Assembly: GCA_036172245.1 (NCBI GenBank)
Contig: JAYWIR010000004.1
Location: 4,030,001-4,094,000, forward strand
DNA: 64,000 nucleotides
Origin: Raillietiella orientalis
Lineage: Eukaryota
Direction of reading: 5' to 3'
Positions 24,551 through 38,790 of the stretch are shown here, in pieces. Position 1 is the first letter of the stretch; the number at the start of each line of letters is the position of its first letter. The notes under the pieces were generated by a model, which was given only the letters and a program-made list of their open reading frames with translations, had not been told where the DNA came from and searched no databases. The position numbers and the translations under genes are program-made.

Positions 24551-27500
24551 ATCCGCGCCATCATGTGCGGGCAACATCCCTCTTGATTCGGCACAGTTCG
24601 CTCGTGTTTCAAAGGTTTCTCCGTCCTGTTTCCAAGGTTTCTTGGTTCCGATCGCGTTTTCCCATCCTTGTTCGAAATCTCATGTGGATCAGGACCGCGT
24701 GCACTTTACATCTCATTTGCCCTCTATCCATTCACTTGCGAGGGCAGCATATCGCATCCTCGTAATGATTACGTGTAAAATTCTGCTTGATGTTCCCGTC
24801 CCATCGGGTAAACTTGTCCTCTGTGCTTTGACTTTGGAAGTCTCTCGTTATGAGCCTCGACGCCTGCAAACCCCACGACTGCTGGTTTCAATTCCGGCTC
24901 GAGCGCCATGTTGTTCGCTCCGAGGTGTGTTTACACGTGTGCTGCCCATTCTTTTCCGTTATCTGCCTGGCTGCCTCCTCAGATCAGTAGATGCAGATCT
25001 TGCCTCCCCCAGATCGAATCGTCGAAAGCTCGTTGCAGAATTTCGTTCTGGTGCTCTTTCATCATGAAATTCTGTAATGAAATCCAATCTTCGGTTCGTT
25101 CCGTACGTATTTGGAAAAAAATGAAAAAAGTAAAGCAAGGGGGCCGCCAAATCTATTGGACTTTAATTTTCCAGTTCGTGCTTTTATTCTAACGACTAGT
25201 TTTTGTATTGGTTGATTTGTTTGTCTATGCATGTGCTGACTTTAAGTAAAGTGGGTAGCCATTATAAATCATAATTATTATTTTCTCTGCAAATCATAAC
25301 GACTTTTCCGGTTGAGCCAGTAGTCACGTGATGCATTTTCCGACAGGCCTCAAGACGGAAATGTGTGTCTTCTTTATGAGCGATTCTTTAAGGACTCGTT
25401 TTTTAGTGCGATAGTTTTGGAATAGAGGGAGCTCATTTGGCGGTAGTTAGCTACTTGAAATCTCAAGTTTATGAATTAAATGAGTTTGTCGAATTTACAT
25501 ATTAAGTTGATCACATTCGGCACTTGTAATTTCTTGAGGTATTATGCCTTTATTTTCTTTAAAAAAAAAAAAAAAAAAATTCCATTTGGGGGAAGGAATC
25601 CATGTTGCAAAATCACTGCCTTTTTTTTTGTGTGTGTAATCGTGACGGGACTTTTAAGCATTGCTTTGTGCTATTTTTCACCTCAGCTTTCTCTGATGGT
25701 TATTACAATCGGTGCACGCAATGCCGATGGTTTACAACATGATGGCACTGCTTCCGTGTTTCCCGAAAGACAGTTTCCATGCCTGCCGAACAAGCAGTAG
25801 CTCGGGCCTGCTTGGAAACCGTTTATCTGCTCGCGACCGTTGAATTTTTCATTTTGCTTCTTGTGCTTCCAAATCGGAGGACGACCTTTTTTCCGAGAGG
25901 TTTGAAGCTGCACAGAGAAAGTACAGCAGCCCAAGAGACGCAATGTGTGCAACGCCCAGCGTCACTGTTTTCCTTCCGACTTGGATTTGCATCTTCCTTT
26001 ATCGGTCGTTCTTTATTTGTGCCAAGAGCCGAAAGCCAGTTCCATCCATGGCCCCAGTTATGCATTATTTATTCCTTTTGAAACTGGCCAGCCTAATTCG
26101 CAGCACTTGGGCGATTAACATTTGCGAGTAAACTGGGATCTCTCGAAATGGGCAACTTTTTTTTTTTTGTAAGAATCTGTTCTCGCATTAGGAACGGGCA
26201 CCGTTATCTTCTGCCCGTTTCTAGAAAACTGCTGCCTCTGTTCCGTATCCAGGGAAAACGAACCAGAAAATTTGCTCCAAGCACGTAGTTTTTATGTAAG
26301 TTGATGTTTCCGGATTCTCCGTAAATTCTCGGATGTAGAACCTCTTAATCTTTCCTTCGAACCCCTTTCTACTTTTCCTTTCGTCATGCTGGAAATCATC
26401 CATCCAGACTCTTGCTGTGTATTCAAACCGATGATTGTTTCCTTATTTTCGTTCTGCCTTTAAGGTTTCTCGTGTACGCATGAAATTTCGGTTTTCTGAT
26501 CCCCTTTCTTTTTTTTTTCTTTCTTTCTACAAGAGTCTTTGATCGGAAGGTTTTTTTCTTTCATGTCTCTGCTGTTTTTGCTGTGAGATCCCTAATGTCC
26601 CCACCAGAACCGGCGCTTAGGTTCTCCAAGCTACCTGCTGTTCTTCAAGAATCTGATTTCTTTCTCCACCTCTCTTGTTGTCATCAAGGTGTTTCGAGGT
26701 CTTCAAAGCAAATCCACATGGTTTCCGTAGTATCTCTGACATTTGCTGATGTCACAGATGTGCCTTCCCATTTATTTTCGATACGTTTTTATTTTGTATG
26801 ATTGCCATATTAATAAGAATCAGCATCATAATTTTTCATCCAATAATCATGATAATGTGGGAGGTTAAAGGATGCATTAAGATTGGTTTACAGCTCACCG
26901 GCTGGAGACAGCTCCTTCGACTTTACAGACAATTTTTCTTTCAAATGCAAGGTGCACCTGGAGCCCCGTGCGTTCATAGCATACACCACCCTACGGATGA
27001 TCAAGCACACTTAACGCTGCTGTGCTCATTAATTTTATGTTCTGCAGTACGAATCTTCCTTACACACAATCTACTGTTTTGTGCGATGGCATCGACTCCT
27101 TGAAAGAGCATCAGATTCCTTTCGGATTCTCACTGCGGAGCCTAAACATTTGTCGTGGAAAAGTAGGCATCCGTCAGATGAGCAGACTTTCAATGGTTAG
27201 AGTGATTCTGTTCCGATTCCATAAGCATTGCAAAAGGCGAACTTTGCCCCCCTCGAAGTTGCTGGGTTTTCTTGAATGTGTTCCGCCTTTAACGTGGGGT
27301 GCGATCCGGTTCAGCAGCTTGCAGTGCTCGTGCAGGCTTCTGACCGTCTTTCTTGTGAAAACAGCGTATGGATACTTTGCTCTGTGTACTCTTTGATTCC
27401 ATTTCCAATTTGGTGATCGAAGGAAAAATGCTGACCAGAACAGCACCTCAAGTGGAGTGAATGCCGCAGTTTTTTTCGCGATTTCAAATGGAATATACTT

Positions 27501-28050
27501 TTGGCACTTACCGATAACTAAAGACTGTTACTACGCGTGGTGGTAGGCATTCTCAGTAAGCATCGTTCTGGACGTTGACCATTCTCTCTCTTTTTCCCCC
27601 CCTTCGAACGGCTTATCAGACTATGCAACGAGAAGTCATTTCAAGGGTTTGTTTGCCCTTACTGTCCGGGCAATTGCGCCTTGAACTCTGATTTATTTCG
27701 TAAAGGTTCTTTCCTCAATCTGAAGAGTTCTTCATGCTTAAAAATATAGAAACAGAAAAAACTCTTTTTTCTCCGTGTTTTAAGAACAGGCTAGACTTTC
27801 ACGCGGAGCAATAGCTACATTGGATTCTTTTTCCCAGAACTTTTGTTCGTATTTATGCTTCAACCACATTTGACAGCGGGACGAAAAGTAGCGCAGCACG
27901 AAAAGCAAAAAAAAAAAAATTCCAACTTATCTCTTTTTCGGTGATCAGCGATTTTTTTTTTTTTTTTTGTTCTAAGAGAACAGAATTGTTTTCTACATCG
28001 GAAATTTGCTTTTACAGAGAAGTTGTCTTTATGGTAGCTTTTCTTTCCAG

Positions 28051-28829
28051 GTAATCGCAAGAGCGCCGTTGAGATTTTGCAGGAAACGAAAGCCCGTTAT
28101 GTGAAAACAGAATCAGTGCTCGATGCCAAGCAACAGTTAAAAAACTGTGACCATTTCCGTGTGAGCTCCAGACCAAATCTTGATGAATTGTTCCGCAGCC
28201 GGTCTCACGGAACAGTCTTCTTGCGTCCTTTCTCGTCTTTCAGGGAGCCACCGCTTCGCAGCTCCTCATACACGTGTGATACTCGTGGTGCCTCAGATAG
28301 GGCGCCGGAAATTCCGCCTCGCGCCACCCCTCGTCCTCCTCGCGTGCTGCCACGAAAGAGATGCAAGGTTCCCGAAGCTGCTGACACTTCTCTTTTTGCT
28401 CCTGGTGGCTCCTCAACACTGCAACCGGATGTCTGGCGGGATTTCGATCCTTCTCCGCAAACTCACGTCTTCCATAAATCTGTCCCTGATCTCAGCACCC
28501 TGAGCGATCTTCCTCCCTTATCGCACGTCGGTGACACATCGGAACTGCGATCTGCGAAAAGCCTCGATGGAAGAGATGCTGCCGGAATCGCCCTGGAAAT
28601 TCCTTCCGTCAGCAACTCTTCCGTTTTCATCGAAGACCGGAGTACCTCCAGCAGGAGCTCTTGGAGCGCCTGGAAAGCATCTGCGAGCGATTCGCCCGAA
28701 GATAGCCAGCCCCGTGTCGGCCTCCGGCAGCAGGATGTGAAGGAGAGAGACCGAGGCGCGACTTCCATCGTGGAGAGGAATGCGCGGATCGTGAAATGGT
28801 TGTTCGACTGCCGGAAATCTCAGTCCTGA
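28051..28829 (+). CDS. FAM110: FAM110-family (centrosome/spindle-associated) protein, main terminal exon; upstream exon(s) not located
   Basis: After acceptor ttttctttccag the frame reads NRKSAVEILQETKARYVKTESVLDAKQ (FAM110 N-terminal motif SAVERLEADKAKYVKS) and ends SIVERNARIVKWLFDCRK (C-terminal motif), with a Pro/Ser-rich linker. Confidence 0.85.
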
Positions 28830-29069
28830 GTATCCCAGCCATCTCCCTCCCTCTCCCGTCTTGTTTTTCGATGCGTCCAACTAGTCACATATTTTGTAAC
28901 GCTTTTTTGTATAGCTTTTGTACTCCACAGGAATTGAACAAGAGATATTATTGTAGTTGCTGAGGGATCGACTGAGCGTGACGCGCGTGCTCTTTTTCGG
29001 CGCTTTCCCGCGGATCGGACCTGCACCTCGGGGGTGTTTGCCTCCAGGGATGTCAAGGCAGACGCTTCT

Positions 29070-29560
29070 CTGCCTCGTTGCCTGTAGTGGATATCCCAAA
29101 GCTGCATGCAGGACACCCGGGGTTCTCACACAGCATCTGGCGGTTGGAGGAACCCCCCAAGTTTGATCGAGAATGGGAAACCGCTCTGGTGGCATTAAGC
29201 TCATTGGCGGACCTGCGCGCGCTTCCTTGTGGACGAGGGCGGATCGGTTTAGAGGCGCGAGAGTGCACGCATGCCCCTGAGGTGCCTCGACGGGGGAGGG
29301 GAGTTGCTTAGGAGGGTAGGTGGGAGGGAGGGGGGCATAGACGGAAAGGCCTGCAGTCTGCGTTCGGCGCTGCATACCTGCGCTTGACATACTTCCCAGA
29401 GTTCGATGTACGGAAGAGGTCCGCGTAACACTTCGACGGAAACACCGTGGGAAAGCGCACACGCCGCTCCCTGCCCAGAACGATGGATAAACAGCGGGCT
29501 CTGTCGCCAAATCGGTATTTTGGTTTGCTTCTCCGTTTCAAAGTGGATGCGCTTTGAAGG
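29070..29560 (+). mobile_element. Possible degenerate Ty3/gypsy integrase relic
   Basis: LHAGHPG...W....PKFDREWE resembles the integrase zinc-binding segment; later PERWINSGLCRQIGI loosely resembles the core. GC-rich relative to flanks. Confidence 0.3.
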
Positions 29561-31984
29561 CCGTCTGCCGAGACGCCAGAGGGTTGCGGGTTTGCAGGCA
29601 GTGGAAAATTCTGATGAGTTCTGGTCTTGGGTTTCCCCAATACATCTTTTTGTTTGCCTTCTTTTTCTCTTCGATTGAAAAGTGAAAACCAGAAGTGCAT
29701 CCACGCATACGTGGCATTCGTATCTATTTCCTCCGTGTTTACGGCGGCGAGGATGCGAAGTGAAGCGTGGAGACCAAGAAGCTCCTCGACCTTGACGAAA
29801 TTCGCAGTAGCTGGTCGCTTTCCTTTCCGAAACATCGAACAAGTTCACGGTCAGCATTCGATCGCCGAGCTTTGCCACGTTGCTTTTGGTGCCCGCTAGA
29901 AGGAAAGTTTACCGTTGCTGGTAAACTGTCTGGAAGGCCGTGAGTCAGCAGCACTCCATGCACAGTTCACCTAACCACCTCCGAGATGCTGTCGGTGCTC
30001 GGGACTCTGTCTCAGGTTGCTCCTCCCACGGGAACGAACAAACTAACTATGAGCTTCGGAGCGTTCTTCTTGCCCAGAAATCGATGTTCGCGCCTGCGTC
30101 CCAACTACCGGGCTTGACTTTGAACTTGTGCACATGACACGCCTTTTCCTCACCCTTGCAAAAAGGGATGCAAAGAATCTAGACGGAGCGCTTCGCGCTT
30201 AGAAAGAATCTCTGTATCAACAGCGTACCTTCCCACATGAAAGACTTCCCACATTTCCATAGTTGAGGGCATGGTACAAACTGAAGGCGAAGAACTTCGA
30301 CAGCTTCTCAAAACCCTTAAGACAACAATCCTTCAAACCGATATCCAGATGCTGTTAGATCTGTGGTACAAACAGGAGATTCTCTCGTTTAGTAGTGCAC
30401 CAAGGCAAGAAGCTGCAGCGTAGTCCATTTCAGGCTTTTGCGCCCAAAATTTGAAGGAGACGCGCCTGCGTTCATCGCGTTCTTCCACCGTTCGGTGGAG
30501 GAATGAGATGAGATTGCGGCAGGCTCTCAAGGATTTGAAACTCCACTGCAATGTTGGCAACACTTGTAAGACTCAGCTCTTACTGCATTGGTATTAGCAT
30601 TCATTTACATACATCAGCTGACCTAACCATTTTATAAAATCCATCTCTTAATAGTTGATGATGCTTTGGGTAATTAATCAGAAAATTTTCGTTAATTGTA
30701 ATGGCAGTGTCGAAAGTGGATTGCAAGTAAGTCAAATTCAAACTTGAATCGAGAAACCGAAAGTGCAGTCGTTTTCTGTGTGCAGGTAAGCACCAAGGAG
30801 AAAGCGTGTAGAAATAAGAGGAAATCATTCACTAATGGTTTTCGCATTTCCTCTGATCCTTCTAAAGAATGTCTGTTCAACCTTTTCGTCAACCAGATAA
30901 AAGGAGATACTCGGAATGTATGTTTTGTTATTTATTGTCTTCGCTTAACTTTTGTTTCGATTCGCAAAATATAATTCAAGCATGCAAACATTAAAGTGTG
31001 CTAACACCTTCAATCACAAGGACCGAAAAAAAAAAAAAAAAAACAAGGCTTCTCTGTCTTTCGTGTTTCCGCCTTCCTTCAGTGACCCCGAAGTTTCGTG
31101 CAGGCAAATGATTAAAGTTCAAATGTGTTTATTATTTATCGACAACACGAATGTACTCTTTAATTATAGATGTGTAAAGTGTACTGCTGACAAAGAGTAC
31201 ATCGTTCAGATCAAACGTATTCTTCAGTATGCGTTTGATAGTCACAGTTGAGCAAATTTAAGCAAGTACTTAGATCTACGTTCAGCTGCTGCATAGCAAG
31301 TTCAGCAGGGCAAGTGGTCCAGGCTCCTTGCGCTTTTGAGCTGTCTCTGGAACCCTTGAAAAGGTGATCAAGTTCACAGCTGGCAATGATCACGTCTCCG
31401 TTTCCGTCCTCGGATACGGTACTGCCCTTGTGCAAAGCTGAAGAGGTGATTGGAGCCTACTTAGTGAAATCAGGACGCATTCAATTTTTCTTTCCTGCAA
31501 AAGTGCTGAACTATCGTTACAACGACTATTGGCGTGAACTTAAGAATCGCGAAAAAGTGTTTTCGAAATGTTTCCTCATTCAGAGACGGAGCACCAAACA
31601 TGTTCTCGGAGAACACGCAAAAAGAAGGGTAGCATGTGACCCGGACTATCTGGCACACTCCATTGTGTTTGTTTTGAAGGAAAAAAAAGAGAGAAAAGAA
31701 GCGACTTTCTGAGGCAAATTGACAGTGTATTTGAAAGCTGGAACCTACATCGATGAAAAATTCCGTGATGTAAATGATTGGCACATTTCCAGGGTGTCCT
31801 CAGAACAAAATATATTGAAAAACTTTTGACTATTCCAACAGCAAACGTTCAGCTATTCTTGTAATGTATCCTTTGGATGCAACGTGATAACTTCCTAGCA
31901 ATTTTCTCTGGATTTTTCGAAGGATTCAGGAGCGCCCATTCTCTACAATAGCTGATCAATAATTAAATTCTACAATTTGTACTT

Positions 31985-33340
31985 TCATCTTCCCCCCCCC
32001 TCTTGCCTGCGCATTAATTTTTTTTCAATGTTTCTTGCGCTGGTTTTGGTGGATGCGCCGTTGCCCTCTCTTCCGTGGAACTTGTCCTTTTCCTCATAAT
32101 TCCGAGGATTGACGTTCTGCAACTACTTCGCAAATTCTTCAAGTTCAACTACAACGAAAGGCTGCATACCTTCATGATAGCAACTGCAGTCACAAGGATG
32201 CAGGTCATGTTGCTTAGCGTCAGGCTCAAGCTGACTATTCCCAGACAACCCATTTCATAGATCATGTTGTCCGAGTACTCGATCTCATAATCAAGGGGGA
32301 GTTGGAAGGTTTGAAAATCAAGCCGGGACTTGAGGAAGATCAAGGTTGACAAAGACAGGAGCAGTCCACAGTTCACTAGAGGCGGTAGCAAAGTAGCCGA
32401 AATAACTCCCCCTACAAGACTCGTTGCGTTTTCTTGAAGAAGTGAAATGGCCACACCAACTCCTGAAGGCAATGCGATTAGAGCACCGATCCATATCGAC
32501 CTCAGGTGCCCTCTATGGTTAAAACAAATCACTTTAGTTTTGTAAGACTGCTTCCGAATGTGTCAACCTAATGATCATTTCAGAAGTTGGTAATTTCACA
32601 CTCCATCTGCTGGTCGCCGCTATGATTCCAAAAAGATAGCTTACTGTTAAGCAAAGCCCCATGCTCATTAGCTCTTTGGCCACACATCGCCGAATGGACG
32701 AGGAATTCATAAATGTGATACCTAGCGCTCCTTCTAGTATGGGTGCCTTTCGTATAACAGATTTTTGATACTTCGAGACCGTCTGCAGAACTGGGTTACC
32801 ATAAGTGGTGAAATGAGAGTTCCGGCAACGATTATGATTCCGCTGTTTTCGATAAGACCCATCGCGGCAACCAAACTGTAGAGAATTCAATGCGACGAAT
32901 CAATTCCTGAAAGTCAAGGCATTCTGCAAAGCACCTGGCAGAGATCAAAAGCAGCACGTAATTTCTTGAGAATGAAGATTTCGTTTCGATCCTTTCCGCA
33001 AACTTTGTTGCCTTCACTATGGACGCGGCTACTTCCGTGAGGCATCTTTCCGGATTGCTATGGTCTCCCATTCCACTGTTACCACCACTCTGAGTCCTCT
33101 CGGAATCCGAGTGGCATAAAACCGAGGGGATCTTCTGTCTGGGGAACCCATTATGTTCCGTCAGAAGAAAAGAACGTTTCGGCTCTTCGCTCGGTGAGTT
33201 TTAAAAGATTCGTATTGCACACACATGAATGGAAGCCTACCTTTGTTGCTCAAGATCTTGGTCGCTGCAGTTTCCATCTGCATCGTACAGCGTACACGGA
33301 ACAACGCTGAAAACCAGTGTAAGGTGACGTACTTGGCCAT
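31985..33340 (-). CDS. DUF389-domain multi-pass membrane protein; exons 33340-33241, 33184-32935, 32875-32800, 32746-32568, 32512-32170, 32116-31985
   Basis: Motifs LVAAMGLIENS..IVAGTLISPLMAPI, PTSEMIIRG, IALPSGVGVAISL, SLVGGVISATLLPPLVNCG. Introns of 53-59 nt are all in phase. The first exon is less certain. Confidence 0.87.
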
Positions 33341-36069
33341 GTCGGAGGCGGTGCTTTGTTAAAATACAACTTGTTGATGACCGCCAAAACGGCAGTTTGG
33401 TTCGTTATGGAGAAGAGTGCCGTTTCGTGCACCATACTACACAGTGATCTTTCACGTGCAACTGTTTCTGAAGATGCGAATAGGAACGGAAGCGAAATTT
33501 CGTTAGGGGCCGGGTGGACACGAACTCGTAAGCTAAAGCAGAAAGGAACCGTTGCAGGAGCTTGTGCTTGGAAGATGGTCGAAGTTTCCGCTGGCATGCG
33601 ATTGAGTGTGTAAGAGAGTGTGGTGCGGGTGTGCAGCCTCCCCGTTGCTTGGAATCTCTGCAGCAGTCACGTTTCGCTTCCTATCAGAGGGAGGGTCGCT
33701 CTCTCGCACACGTTTCAATTTGAACATTTCCGCGGAGCAAAGGAGAGACAAAGAGAGTCGTGCCATCTTCGCGCCTGCCTTTGAAGATTGACGTAAGAGA
33801 AAGAAAGCGAAGTGAGGATGGGCGAGAATTTTGAGCTCCAGCAAACGAACACACACACAAAAAAAAACACACATGCGTAGGAGATGCACTTCCACCCTGT
33901 CAAGAATCGGAACCGAATGGGAACGAATTTATTTACCTAAAAGTCGATTGCGATGAGTTTGCTATTCCACTGTTTATTAGATAGCTTGAGATCGAAGTGT
34001 AATCTTCAGCTGGGCACGTAAGAGAAACCTAATAAAAGAATAGAGTCAACGAAATGCAGTTATTGCAAGGACTTCGAGAGAACAGGAACACTTTGTTTCC
34101 TTTCATAGATCTTAATTCGGAATATCAGTGTCATATCAGTGAATATCATTGACAACGACTGGCGCTCGATAAAGGTCACGCTGGTAATCGACAAAATTAT
34201 TCAAGAAATTATTAGATGGAAATGCGGATGAAATGGACGCCCCTTCATTCAGCTCTTCACGAACCTGCCACGTAGTAAATGTACGAACAGTCGCACGAAA
34301 GTAGGTAAGTAAAATGGGAAACTTGACGATGGAACTTCACGCTAATTGCAGAAAGTTCGTCAGAGTTCACAAATGATTCCAAAAACGCCATAGCATGCAA
34401 TCACTACTGCTGTTTTCAAAATGGAAATCAAAGACGGAAAAGGGATGGATTTCTTCTTTTGCAATTCTTCAACTAAGAGGCGGATACTAAGTCATAAATG
34501 ATTGAACGACCACCGACCAGGAGAATAAACACAAGACAGTGACGACTATTGCATCATCAACTATGAGGACCACTTATGACTTTAAGAGAATGTAATTTAT
34601 CCACGAAAGTGAAGTATATCTGCATCCACCAATCGAATGAGAGAAGCAATCAGCGCTTGTTGAGAAGAGACAGAGACAAAAACAGTTCTGCTTCACGTTT
34701 ATTGAATTTTTTTTTCTTTCTGAAAAAAAGAGTTTCGTTTAAGGTTTTCAAAGAAAAGGAACTTTGTTTTACTGAATGATAGAAGCTCAATGCGAAAGTC
34801 GGTGGCAGCTGTCAATGAGCAATTTACGGGCATCAAGCAGTAAATGCTCCTTTTAGTACCATCGTTTTTTCCTCACCGTTAGTTGAGCGAATGTTGAGAG
34901 ATTAGATTGACTGCTTCGTCGTAAAGATTCTAGTTGTAGCTAGGCACTGCATCACGCGCAGTCAAGTAAATTTCAGCATAGTTTGAGAATGTACTTCATT
35001 CACCAGCCTTCTCATTCATTCTTTTCCTTCTGATGTACTGTCATCTCACGCTGAGATCTGCCTTCGAAACTTCGAAGAGTTCACTCTTTCAAGGATGAAG
35101 ACGCCTGCCTACGGGTCACGCCTGATGTCCAAGTCAATTTAGGAAAGAAGAAGGATCCACTCAGGCAAACTCTGCATCTCTGAACCTCGACACCACCGCC
35201 ATCGGAAAACCCCTACCACTCCTTCCTGCTTCCAGCCGCTTCTTACCTGGTAGAAATGTTTGCACTTTGTGAGCGTCCACGACAACTGGTTCACTCTGAA
35301 CCTGCGCAGAATCCCTTCCACTACCTGCAAAATAGGTTGCACGATCAAAATGACTGCCTTTCCCTGCTTTGAATCTTTTGTTAATATTGATAACTCTTTA
35401 CCATTTCAAGTGGTATGAAATTCAGTCTTTGCGGCTGATGGGAACTTTGCTTGCCTGCCGCAAACGGCCCTTTGCGTGAAGACTCGGAAACGCAAATCTC
35501 GCTCTCAGGCTTGATGCTCGCTTCGCTTTCCAGCCCGCAGTCGCACTGGCCTGAGTCCAGGGAGAAGCTTTTCCTTTCAAACTCGCAAGTTGGCACTTGG
35601 ATCAGGAACAGCACTCCGTCCATAGAAAGGCTCATCTACATCAGAAGTATCTAGAAGTACAAAAGGGCGATTGGAAGAGACAGCTGACTCGAAGGACAGG
35701 TTCTCGGGATGTGCAAATTTGTTGCTTACTCGCCCTTTGGTGACTTTCACGGAAAGTAGCTGTTGATGCTGCTGCAAAAGAGGTTCTAGTCTTTCCTCTT
35801 CCCAAGCGAAAACGTCTGTTGCAAGAAATACCATTTTAGGTTTTTTTCTTTTCCTTCTGCCGTGCCGATTTTATATTTGAATTTATTTTTTATATGAATG
35901 TTTAAAACGGGGTGTAAACGGACGGACGGGAAAGATCTGCACCATATTATTCTCCTGTATCTTCTCTAGAATTTATCCCGCAATCTTCGAGGATGATTTC
36001 CTTATGGGCTCTGACCCATCCGACGTTTCCAATATACCTCCGGGAATGATGTCTGCCCGAGCATGTCAC

Positions 36070-37320
36070 TTCTTTTATTGATGTGCTTCGTCAGCTTCTT
36101 ACGAATTCCCAATCCCCTCAACACTTCGCCCTTTCCCGGTCCCCAAGACCTCAATAGCTGGACCTGCTACGACACCTGCAACTAATCTTGTAACAGCTGG
36201 CCTCCTCTGGAAGCGAACTGGGGCGTCAACCCTCGATAGCTGCTCTCCTTCTTCCATCTTGCCTCTTCCGTCGTGGAACTTAGTACTAGTAAGGGCAAGC
36301 AAGGTTCAGCGTGACTACTTTTCCTCCTCGTTGGAGCAATTGACGCGGTTTTCGGTTCCAATGTGTCCTTGGAGTAGTTTGGTAGGCAGCTCCCACCGTT
36401 CCAGGGTCTCCTTCTTGGTCATGTTATCGTGTCTCTCGTGATCGTGTTCTGGTCAGGGGTGCACCTGCCGAAGGTTAGATTCTTCTCGTCTTCCGCACCT
36501 TTGGCACAAGAGAGTGAGGCCGTCTCCGGGGGACTCGGGAGTGCACAAAGGAAGACTGAGTCGCGCCACTTGGATGAGTCCATGCACTGAGAATTACAGG
36601 CGTCTACCACTGAGATGTCCGAAGGCCGATGCTGAAACAGTGCAGGACTTGGTCTTCCCTTGATCCGGGTGTTTTGTGATCAGGGATGACCATGCTGCTG
36701 CCTTGCGTTGAATTTCGCATGGGCTGGAATAAGGGAACATTCCATACCGGAGTGCCATTACCTCCCAGCCATATCAGTGGTGACTGATCGACGGGATCTA
36801 GTGCCAGTTTTCCAGAGGTGTTCTCCCTGTTGATGGAAGGCAAGGTTCTGTGTTCTAATTCCTTCCCCCTCCCTCCCTCCCCCTTCAGATTCTAGCAACA
36901 TGAGAAAATGAATATCTTCAGGGTCATCAGGTCTTAAAGACATTACATGCGAAAAAATTGTCTTTCTGCTAAGACATTAGACTTCAGTGAAGTCTCGGGC
37001 GTTGTTCTCTATTTTTTGAGGGTGAGCAAAAAATAGCGAGGATGAATTCGGAAAGTCCTTCTACAAAAGAAGTTCGAGTTTTTCCATCTCTACCTGCCCC
37101 CAATTAACAAGTTTCGAAAAGCTCATCCCGAATTCTCTCAAGTTTTCATCCCGAATTCTCTCAAGTTTGCGCTTCTACTAGGGGGATTGTTCAGGTCTAC
37201 TCAGTACTACAGATGTCTTCCGCTACGGAAAGGTTTGCTCTGTTCCCTCCGGCTGTTTTGATATCCAGCACCCAAGCAGCGTTTTGGCCTTTGCTGCAGC
37301 TCCTCTTACACTAGGATGGA
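36070..37320 (-). mobile_element. Heavily decayed copy 2 of the NeSL/Utopia-like family, including the C-terminal region
   Basis: Minus-strand frames give AWSSLITKHPDQGK (copy 1: AWLSLINKHPDQGN), ARLSLPL, CQRCGRREE, RHDN, VVTLNLACP and VLRGLGIRKK. The 5' boundary is uncertain. Confidence 0.7.
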
Positions 37321-38049
37321 CATTAGTTGAAAAAAAATACTCGAGGGGACGTTTCTAGATGCTTTGGATGAATCGCCTTGGGCACCGATCCATCCACGTT
37401 CTCAAACTTGAAATCCCAAGCAAATGGGAAGACAACAAATAAAAAAAGAGAGTGAGCGACTTCGACGGACAATCAGTCCTTAGCTGCCGGCGAAACGTCG
37501 ATCCGCAAATGAACAGACGTGTTAGATTGATGAACGTCACAGTTTCAGCATGCTTGTGGACGCGTGCAGCTTGAAATACTCTACGTGGCCTTCGTGCACA
37601 CATTAATAATGTACGTGCATAGTTAATACAAGTGCCGATTAGAAACACTGACGTCTGTGTGCAGGGCTGGGTCGAGGCAAGCGGCGCTTGTGCTACCGCT
37701 TTCTTCTGGCTTTCTTGGAGCAGTTTCGCTCCAAAGACTCTTCCACAATCATTCTGCCATCAGTTTCCTGCTTTGCATAGCTGTGCACGGTAATCTTTTT
37801 TTTTTTTTTTTTTTTTTTTACAAATGAGGTCGAATAAAGGCACAAGAATGTTTTGTAGGGCGCGCGAGCGTTTTTTTTTTTTTTTTTAATTGCCACTGTC
37901 TGCATTACTTCTCACGAAGACCATCTTACCACAAGTTTCGAGGAAGAATCCAACCCGACTCTTTACATTATGGTTTGGACCAGCGCATGCATAATCTCGA
38001 AGCTTGAGTCTTGTTTTTTCCGTCCTTCACGGTGGAAGGCTTACATTCG

Positions 38050-38790
38050 GCATAATTGGCATGTGGCACGAAGCACATCAGCATGCCTTCTCAGTATGCA
38101 ATCCTTATGTCTCCAATAGTGTCTTGACACCCTCAAATTATAGTTGGTAAGTATGCTGACCTCAAATATCTGTTCGAGAATTTCTCTGAAATACCTTAGA
38201 ACTTCAGAGATGTCTGAGTGGTTATCACGAGACACTCAAATGTGTCCACCTTGCTACTATATTCCAAGTGATTGCCAATTCTGTCGTGGAATCCTCCCAG
38301 CTGTCAGATCAATGATGCAAAAAAACCTGAATCTGATGCATTTCTTCGGCATTCCCGCAGAATCGGTTCAGAGGGTCCCGTCTCTCTGGATTCATTAAAA
38401 TGCATGTTGATATGGTAACTTGCAGAATACTGGTGTTTACATGACCAGCATACATGCCATCACACACATTAATTGGTTTCTACATTCAACAGAAAATTTG
38501 GCTTTGAGAATGGAAGTTTCGTAATCTGAGCAGCGTCTTCATTTTCCATTCCATGATTCCAACGTCAACATTTTCGCTACGACCATCTCGAACGATTTGC
38601 ATTCACTGAATTCAATTATTTCGCAAGATGAGGAGCTTTGTGAGAACAAGATCATGTCGATCACAATGAAGAGACTAAAGCCATTCTCAAACATAAAAAG
38701 AGTGAATCGCACCCCCTGTCGTGGAAAAAACGGCTGCTCCATCACCAAATCGGACTGCAAGAAGCCAACTGCTCTGTGGTTAATGCTGGA
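38050..38790 (-). mobile_element. Possible ancient RTE-like LINE relic
   Basis: Degenerate RQGV..FSLFIVIDMIL followed by VDTFECL (cf. V..F.YLG) in the expected order. Confidence 0.28.

Noticed and set aside
24860..24908. tRNA-like T-arm ending in CCA (gctggtttcaattccggctcgagcgcca)
   Set aside because: No D-arm, A-box or acceptor-stem partner; at best a relic.
37123..37168. 23-bp exact tandem duplication
   Set aside because: Only two adjacent units with no spacer; not CRISPR-like, an ordinary slippage duplication.
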